This document shows, one piece after another, positions 57,540 through 64,000 of a stretch of 64,000 nt of DNA (position 1 is its first letter; the number at the start of each line of letters is the position of its first letter). Origin of the DNA: an uncultured Chitinophagales bacterium (GTDB lineage: Bacteria; Bacteroidota; Bacteroidia; Chitinophagales; JADIYW01). Below the pieces are notes generated by a model that saw only the letters and a list, made by a program, of their open reading frames with translations, had not been told where the DNA came from and searched no databases. The DNA is taken from positions 4,651 through 68,650 of the forward strand of contig CAZZEH010000003.1 in assembly GCA_964653095.1 (NCBI GenBank). Direction: 5' to 3'. The position numbers and the translations under genes are program-made.

Positions 57540-59243
57540 TTACACCCAGACCGCCGCTTCCTTTTCGTTGTACCATTCCTGATAAAACTCACTGTATTTT
57601 TTCTCTAACAGATTGCGTTTTATTTTTAAAGTCGGAGTCAGCAGATTATTTTCTACAGTCCAATCTTCTCTTATCAAAATGATTTTTTTCATCTTCTCGT
57701 GCTTGTCTATTTTCTCATTGACCTGTTTCATGGTCTTTAACAGACTGTCTGCCACTGCTTTTTGATCTAAGGTTTTGGCTTCTTCCGACAATACGATCAA
57801 TGCCATAGTCTGCGGAAGGTTTGAGCCTACAAGGCAAACCTGTTCAATCATCGTGTTTTTTGACAGGGCAGTTTCTATCGGAGCCGGAGCCACATATTTT
57901 CCCTTGTCAGTTTTAAAGATGTCTTTGATTCGCCCGGTAATTTTCAAAAATCCGTCCGGTGTAATTTCTCCTACATCGCCCGTTCTCATATAACCGTCTT
58001 CTGTAATGACTTCAGCTGTTTTTACCGGATCTTTATAATATCCTACCATATTGGCTTCGCTCTTGGTCTGAAGTTCACCCTCGTCTGAAATTCTCGCCTT
58101 TACTCTTGGGAAAAGCTGCCCTACATATCCCGGTCGTCGTGCATCCGGGCGGGTAATATGCGAATAGGCACTGTTTTCAGTCATCGCATAGGCCTCCCCT
58201 ATCTCAATACCCAGTTTTTCAAACCAAAGATTCGTCGATACCGGAAAAGGTGCTGCTCCGGACAGAATATATCTGGTTCTGCTCAGGCCGAGCGACTGTT
58301 TGATTTTCTTTTTAATGATGTTGGACACAAACGGTATGGACAACAGCAGGTTTAATCTTTTCTGAGGCATTTTTTCCAAAATCCCCATTTGAAACTTTGT
58401 CCAAATTCTCGGTACTGCCAAAAATACCGTAGGCTGTACTTTCTGCAAATCCTCTGCAAACGTATCCAAGGATTCCGTAAAATATACTCTCCCTTCACTG
58501 TATAAACTGCCCATTTCCACTAACATCCTTTCGGCAATATGGGCAAGCGGCAAATAAGAGAAATAAATCTCCCGCCCTACTTTTATGCGATCCAAGGCTT
58601 CCAGTCCATTCGCCACGGCATAAGGAAGGGTGTGATAGCTGTGAATAACGCCCTTGGGCAAACCGGTCGTTCCGGAGGTATAAATGATAGTCATCCAATC
58701 GTCCGGCTTTCGTTCCACAGGTTCCGACAAAGGAGTCGATTGTTTTACGGCCTGATTCCAACTTATATCGCATGCTTCTGTCCAAAAAGGAAAAGATATC
58801 GTATGCACATCCGACGGCATTCCGCTTTTTTGGTTTTTCCAATCATCCAGCTTACCCACAAAAGCCGCTTTGGCTTCACTGTGAGTGATTACGTACTCGA
58901 TAATTTCTGCAGAAATAGTCGGATAAAGCGGTACTGACACACAACCCGCCATCATAATCGCTAAATCGCTCATAATCCAATGCGCACAATTTTTGGAAAT
59001 AATTGCAACCTTATCTCCCGGCTGCAATCCCAAACTTTGCAGATAAGCCGCCATACTCATGATTTGTTCTTTGGTTTCTAACCAAGTGTAATCATGCCAG
59101 TTGCGCTGATACGGCTGGCTCAAAAAAATCTCTTTGGATCTCGAACGGGTCGCCTGCAAAAAGCGAGTCTGAGGAGGAATTACTTTTGCCATAATATCTT
59201 TTATTAAAACTTCAGTAACGTAATTTAAATATTTCTTTAACAT
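57540..59243 (-). CDS. long-chain fatty acid-CoA ligase (AMP-binding family)
   Basis: AMP-binding motif IIYTSGTTGLPKGV, TGDVGE, and a C-terminal lysine context. Confidence 0.85.
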   Translation of the reverse strand: MLKKYLNYVTEVLIKDIMAKVIPPQTRFLQATRSRSKEIFLSQPYQRNWHDYTWLETKEQIMSMAAYLQSLGLQPGDKVAIISKNCAHWIMSDLAIMMAGCVSVPLYPTISAEIIEYVITHSEAKAAFVGKLDDWKNQKSGMPSDVHTISFPFWTEACDISWNQAVKQSTPLSEPVERKPDDWMTIIYTSGTTGLPKGVIHSYHTLPYAVANGLEALDRIKVGREIYFSYLPLAHIAERMLVEMGSLYSEGRVYFTESLDTFAEDLQKVQPTVFLAVPRIWTKFQMGILEKMPQKRLNLLLSIPFVSNIIKKKIKQSLGLSRTRYILSGAAPFPVSTNLWFEKLGIEIGEAYAMTENSAYSHITRPDARRPGYVGQLFPRVKARISDEGELQTKSEANMVGYYKDPVKTAEVITEDGYMRTGDVGEITPDGFLKITGRIKDIFKTDKGKYVAPAPIETALSKNTMIEQVCLVGSNLPQTMALIVLSEEAKTLDQKAVADSLLKTMKQVNEKIDKHEKMKKIILIREDWTVENNLLTPTLKIKRNLLEKKYSEFYQEWYNEKEAAVWV

Positions 59244-59395
59244 TTATGGTAAAATCGAAATAATTTTCAATCAAACAGGTCTCAAAATTGACCTCGCTCT
59301 CCCACCCTGTCCAAAATCAGCCTGTTTTACCCAGTTGGAATCCTTTCTTATTTTAGTTTTATCTTTACTTTTACACCTTCTCGAAACTTTCGGCA

Positions 59396-60829
59396 GTGCG
59401 TCAATCCTTTTTATTCAATACTCTTTTCGCCCTTGGTGTCAATTTTATCATCAAACCAATATGGGTATTCGGAATTGACAGAAGTGTGCAAAATCAGCTC
59501 GGAAGTGAAGAATACGGTCTTTATTTTGCCATTTTCAACTTCACTTATCTTTTTCAGATTCTGCTTGATTTTGGCCTTCAAAACTACAATCAAACAGAGA
59601 TTGGCTCGGACAATTCCAAATTTGGAAAATTGTTTCCCGGAATGCTCTCTGCAAAGCTTCTGCTGACCTGCTCCTATCTCGCAGTTTCGATACTTGCCGG
59701 ATTTTTGCTGGGCTATGCTTCCGAATCTTTTTTCCCCTGGCTGATATTTAATCAGGTACTGCTTTCTTTCAATATTTTTCTTCGTTCCAATATCAGTGCC
59801 CACCGACTGTTTATTAAAGACGCGTTCCTTTCCGTGTTGGACAAATCGCTGATGATTATCGGCGGTGCCTGTATGCTGATTCCAGCCGTAAAATGGATCC
59901 TGCTGTCGATCAATCATTTTGTGTGGATTCAGACGGTCTCTTTACTCATTACCTCTCTGTTTTGCGTGTACTACAACCTGAAACTCTCTCAAAGTTTTGA
60001 ATGGAAATTTGACACAGCTCTTTTCAAAAAAATTATTGTTCAGGCGGTTCCTTTTGCTTTGATTTACTTCCTCATGACGATTTATTACCGGGTGGATTCG
60101 GTTATGATTGAAAAACTTTTGGGAGCAGAAGGGGCAGGACAGGCAGGAATTTACGCTCAGAGTTACCGGATTATGGAATCCGTCAATAATATCGGATATA
60201 TAGTGGCAGGAATTCTTCTACCCCTTTTTGCCTTCCAGATCGGGCAGAATCTGAGCATACATAAGGTTTTGAAACAGGGATACAATATCATGATAACGAT
60301 TATCGTACCCATCGTGCTGGCAGGAGTATTTTATTCGGAAGAAATTATTTCTGCTCTGTATCCGTATGAAGATTACACCTACAGCAGTCGGGTGTTTACC
60401 ATTCTTGTTTTAAATTTTGTCCCGGTTGGTATTCTATATGTTTTAGGACCTCTTCTCACAGCCAAAAAGGTGTTTAGCGTCATGATACCGAGTTTGATTA
60501 TCGCCTGTGTGCTGAATATTGTAACTAATTATTTACTCATTCCCAAATACGGGGCATTGGGTGCGGCCGTAACAACCTTTGGCACACAGATTTTTATGCT
60601 GATTGTATATTGGATTGCTGTCCTCCTTAAATTTGATGTGAAAACGGATTTAAAAACGGTCCGTACATCTGCGCTGTATATTGCCGCTGTATTAGTCATA
60701 ACTCATTTTATTCACCAATCATCTCTTCATTGGCTGCTCGGCATTATGATTGTCGGAACGGTCAGTTTGCTCATCTCTCTGTTACTGAAAATTATCGGCA
60801 GAGAGACTTTATCATTAAAAATTCAGTAG
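59396..60829 (+). CDS. polysaccharide/oligosaccharide flippase (MOP/Wzx superfamily)
   Basis: 477 aa with about 12-14 TM segments and typical Wzx-like composition. GTG start. Confidence 0.7.
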   Translation: MRQSFLFNTLFALGVNFIIKPIWVFGIDRSVQNQLGSEEYGLYFAIFNFTYLFQILLDFGLQNYNQTEIGSDNSKFGKLFPGMLSAKLLLTCSYLAVSILAGFLLGYASESFFPWLIFNQVLLSFNIFLRSNISAHRLFIKDAFLSVLDKSLMIIGGACMLIPAVKWILLSINHFVWIQTVSLLITSLFCVYYNLKLSQSFEWKFDTALFKKIIVQAVPFALIYFLMTIYYRVDSVMIEKLLGAEGAGQAGIYAQSYRIMESVNNIGYIVAGILLPLFAFQIGQNLSIHKVLKQGYNIMITIIVPIVLAGVFYSEEIISALYPYEDYTYSSRVFTILVLNFVPVGILYVLGPLLTAKKVFSVMIPSLIIACVLNIVTNYLLIPKYGALGAAVTTFGTQIFMLIVYWIAVLLKFDVKTDLKTVRTSALYIAAVLVITHFIHQSSLHWLLGIMIVGTVSLLISLLLKIIGRETLSLKIQ

Positions 60830-60895
60830 AGCCGTACAAAAGGTATTTTTATCGCTAATTTTACGGGTTGATTTTTTTTAAAAGAAATAAGCAAT

Positions 60896-61780
60896 ATGAG
60901 TATACTGAAAGCAGGTTTTGTGCAGCAGTCCTGTACCGGCAATAAGGAAGAAAACATCCGAAAAAGCTTAGACGGTATTCGTGCCTGTGCCGAGCAGGGA
61001 GCGGAATTAGTCGTTTTACAGGAGATTCACACCACACTCTATCTTTGTCAGGCCGAAGACACCGATATGTTTGACCTGGCTCAGCCGATACCGGGAAAAG
61101 ATACGGAAATTTTCAGCCGTGCCGCCAAAGAACACAACGTGGTTTTAGTGACTTCTTTATTTGAAAAAAGAGCAGCAGGACTCTATCACAATACTTCTGT
61201 TGTATTTGACAAAGACGGCAGTACAGCAGGTGTGTACCGAAAAATGCATATCCCTGATGACCCGGCTTACTACGAAAAATTTTATTTCACACCGGGAGAC
61301 TTAGGTTTTGAGCCTGTACAGACTTCTGTAGGAAAATTGGGCGTGTTGATTTGTTGGGATCAGTGGTATCCCGAAGCTGCCCGCCTAATGGCTTTGGCAG
61401 GTGCAGAAATACTGATTTACCCGACCGCTATCGGATGGGAAAGCACGGACAGTCAGGATGAAAAAAATCGTCAGCATACTGCCTGGGAAACAGTGCAGAG
61501 AGGACATGCCGTGGCCAATGGACTTCCGGTGATTGCAGTCAATCGGGTGGGATACGAAGCAGACTGGAGCGGTGTGACCGGAGGAATTCAGTTTTGGGGT
61601 CAAAGTTTTGTGGCAGGACCTCAGGGTGAATTGCTTTACAGAGCTGCCTCCGACAAAGAAGAAAATACCGTGATAGAAATAGATTTAAACCGTTCTGAAC
61701 AGGTGCGAAGAATCTGGCCTTTTCTCCGAGACCGAAGGATTGATGCCTACGGAGATATCATAAAAAGATATAGAGATTAG
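60896..61780 (+). CDS. aguB: carbon-nitrogen hydrolase, N-carbamoylputrescine amidase-like
   Basis: Nitrilase-superfamily E-K-C triad contexts (VLQEIH, YRKMHIP, LICWDQWYPE). The length fits AguB. Confidence 0.7.
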   Translation: MSILKAGFVQQSCTGNKEENIRKSLDGIRACAEQGAELVVLQEIHTTLYLCQAEDTDMFDLAQPIPGKDTEIFSRAAKEHNVVLVTSLFEKRAAGLYHNTSVVFDKDGSTAGVYRKMHIPDDPAYYEKFYFTPGDLGFEPVQTSVGKLGVLICWDQWYPEAARLMALAGAEILIYPTAIGWESTDSQDEKNRQHTAWETVQRGHAVANGLPVIAVNRVGYEADWSGVTGGIQFWGQSFVAGPQGELLYRAASDKEENTVIEIDLNRSEQVRRIWPFLRDRRIDAYGDIIKRYRD

Positions 61781-61839
61781 ACTTTTGCTGCAACCGGACT
61801 TCAATCTGAATTTGCATGAGAAAATATAGCCCGAGCCGA

Positions 61840-63235
61840 GAGTGGCGAATTGCGGCATTATTGGAAAGTCCCTTCGAGTTTTTTCCTCTCCGTCTTCGGC
61901 AGATCGGAATCCTCAGGGACCGCCATTCGAGTAGCCTTGAGAACTACGTGGTGGCTGAATAATGCGCTGAGTTTATCGAAGGAAAGACATCAAAGGAGCA
62001 GTGTCTCAAAGTATGGTCACTGAGTCGAAGTGACCTTCTCACCGTGGCTTAGAGTACGCTCTCAAGCACCGACAAAGTCGCTCTATATTCTATAATTACC
62101 AGATAATTTTTGCTTTTTCATGTCCTATTTTTTTAGAAAAAAAGGATCAAAAAAATCGCGCGGTGCTTCCGTGCTTGACCTGCTAACTGTTCGATGTCTA
62201 AATCTTCTGAAAGCCACTTCGTTACATTTTGCAAAAGTGAGCATTGATGTAATCAGAAGATTCTAAAACTTCTCACAGAGCAGGTACCCAAACACTACAG
62301 CAAAAGCGCCCGCAATGCGCAGAATAGTGTTTCAGAAGCGTGGTGAATGAGAGTATAACAACTCGAAGTTACGTTATTGGAAAGTCCCTTCGAGTTCATT
62401 CCTCTCCGTCTTCGGCAGATCGGAATCCTCACGAACCGCAATTCTAATAACCTCAAGAACTACGTGGTGACTGAGTAATGCGCTGAGTTTATCGAAGGAA
62501 AGACATCAAAGAAGGAGTGCCTCGAAGTGTGGTCACTGAGTCGAAGTCGAAGTGACCTTCTCACCGCGGCTCAGAGTACGCTCTCAAGCACCGACAAAGT
62601 CGCTCTATATTCTATGATTACCAGATAATTTTTGCTTTTTCATGTCCTATTTTTTAGAAAAAAAGGACCAAAAAAATCGCGCGGTGCTTCCGTACTCGAC
62701 CTGCTAACTGTTCGATGTCTAAATCTTCTGAAAGCCACTGCGTTACATTTTGCAAAAGTGAGCATTGATGTAATCAGAAGATTCTAAGACTTCTCACAGA
62801 GCAGGTACCCAAACACTACAGCAAAAGCGCCCGCAATGCGCAGAATAATGTTTGAGAAACGGGGTGAATGAGAGTATAACAACTCGAAGTTACGTTATTG
62901 GAATGTCCCTTCGAGTTCATTCCTCTCCGTCTTCGGCGGATCGGAATCCTCAGGGACCGCCATTCTAATAGTCTTAAGAACTACGCGGTGGCTGAGCGAT
63001 GTCTTGAGCTTGTCGCAAGAGGCTGCGACGAAGGAGCAGTGTCCCGAAGCTACCATAATGCAGTAACTAACGTGCATAACCTATTCCGTCCACTACGAAC
63101 GCAATGTGCCCACCGAGCATCAGCCGAGGTGAAGTGGAGTGAAGTAGTCTCGACGGGATTATCGCTTCACCACACTCGCAATGACGCACTTCAATACGCT
63201 CACAGTGTCGTCAGGCAGGTCTTCTGACTTTCCTA
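61840..63235. repeat. tandem repeat with a ~518-bp unit, about 2.7 copies, non-coding
   Basis: Unit starts (ATTGGAAAGTCCCTTCGAG) lie at about 61860, 62377 and 62897. Copies 1 and 2 are more than 90% identical by eye. Copy 3 diverges after about 100 nt. No credible ORF is present. Confidence 0.85.
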
Positions 63236-63314
63236 ACGAAATCTAGTACAAACCTGGGGTTAATTTCGGCATAGAAACAGATTAATAATATCATATTCCT
63301 ATATTTATGAAACC

Positions 63315-64000
63315 ATGAATTTGGCTTCAAAAAACAGATGGATTTTGGCGGGCTTGGTGGTTGCATCAGTCCTGTACAGTCTGTTGTTTCTAAATCGTTG
63401 GTTAGTCACCAATGTGCCTATAGAAGTTTTTGCCCGGCTTTGGCAGTATTATGTCGGTTATCAGGATGTAGGATTTGCAAGAAGACTTTTACTCGGCACC
63501 GTACTGTCAGGAACACGCCTGACCAATCTCTTTGAAAATGAATTTATTTTTGGACATTTTTTTCACAGCCTGACTATTATTGTACTCGCAGGAGTTTGTT
63601 TGATTTATATTTTAAAGAAAAAAGCTTTTAATAATCCCTGGAAGTATCTGATTATTTTCTTTTCTCCGGCATTTATTCAGCAGATGGGTTCTACTACCGG
63701 CAATACGGATGCGGTACTGATTCTGTTTTTTGCAGTTTCGGCACTATTTGTCCGAAGTATATGGATGACAGTAGTGCTGAGTATTCCGGCTCTCCTGATT
63801 CACGAATTGTATATTTTGCTCGTTCCTTCGCTTTTTGTCATTCATTCGGTCAGACAGGATAAAAATTTTATTTCCTTACAGTATATTCTGCCTTTGGGTT
63901 TCATCGGGCTCACTTTTCTCATGATTACCTCTCTCGGAAAAATTCAAGTGGATAAAGAAACCTACGAACAGATAGTCGCTTCAAAAATTCCTTTGGCAGC
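63315..64000 (+). CDS. integral membrane protein (partial; continues beyond the window)
   Basis: Manual translation from the ATG at 63315 (MNLASKNRWILAGLVVASVLYSLLF...) stays open to the window end and has several hydrophobic helices. The ORF-track entry at 63338 is in another frame. Confidence 0.55.
   Translation, partial: MNLASKNRWILAGLVVASVLYSLLFLNRWLVTNVPIEVFARLWQYYVGYQDVGFARRLLLGTVLSGTRLTNLFENEFIFGHFFHSLTIIVLAGVCLIYILKKKAFNNPWKYLIIFFSPAFIQQMGSTTGNTDAVLILFFAVSALFVRSIWMTVVLSIPALLIHELYILLVPSLFVIHSVRQDKNFISLQYILPLGFIGLTFLMITSLGKIQVDKETYEQIVASKIPLA

Noticed and set aside
62898-63227. 109-aa ORF and small ORFs (such as MKKQKLSGNYRI on the minus strand) inside the 518-bp tandem repeat
   Set aside because: These ORFs are not conserved between repeat copies and their composition is unlike a protein. 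The repeat is better explained as non-coding.
1-64000. Search for tRNA, rRNA, tmRNA or riboswitch signatures
   Set aside because: I noticed no GTTCGAATC-type T-arms, rRNA blocks or familiar riboswitch cores. This is absence by eye only, so an Infernal or tRNAscan run is still advisable.

Overview
This 64-kb chromosomal segment looks Bacteroidota-like. The evidence is TAnnTTTG -7 promoter boxes upstream of several genes, TonB-dependent receptors, many lipoprotein signals ending in Cys, and a type B L31. I recognised no rRNA, tRNA, transposase or integrase. Layout: (i) 0-18.7 kb holds core-type genes: an OmpA-like lipoprotein (partial), a sulfotransferase, CcmF/CcmE cytochrome c maturation, an MFS transporter, a rhodanese/thioredoxin cluster, a KDSR-like SDR operon, L31, a hydrolase, YceI and a TetR-RND efflux operon. 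(ii) 18.7-28.7 kb is a visibly AT-richer accessory block. It carries an orphan membrane-anchored caspase-like protein and a DtxR/MntR-type repressor. An IdeR/DtxR-like operator abuts the promoter of a duplicated metal-uptake locus (TonB receptor, small His/Cys protein, DUF4625). (iii) 29.0-48.7 kb is a CRISPR-Cas island, all on the minus strand. Running from low to high coordinates it contains a decayed TetR pseudogene, an 82-repeat/81-spacer array (30-nt repeat), the leader, cas2, cas1, a four-helix-bundle gene, cas4, a helicase-only cas3, cas5, cas7, a large subunit with an N-terminal HD motif, two non-cas genes, cas6, a HIRAN protein and a WYL regulator. Several intergenic gaps in this operon hold unusual 8-nt-unit minisatellites. 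(iv) 48.8-56.1 kb is an Rrf2-linked Fe-S repair / nitrosative-stress-type cluster with many DUF2249 repeats. (v) 56.3-61.8 kb is housekeeping (UbiE/MenG, acyl-CoA ligase, flippase, N-carbamoylputrescine amidase). (vi) 61.8-63.3 kb is a 1.5-kb non-coding gap filled by about 2.7 tandem copies of a ~518-bp unit rich in nested hairpins, followed by a partial membrane protein gene. The best candidates for something undescribed are: the non-cas genes and minisatellites embedded in a type I-D-like operon with I-B-like gene order (MM3350-like plus 469-aa cassette, four-helix-bundle gene, HIRAN plus WYL); the orphan caspase-like fusion protein; and the 518-bp tandem structured repeat. All family assignments come from motif recognition by eye, because no searches could be run.
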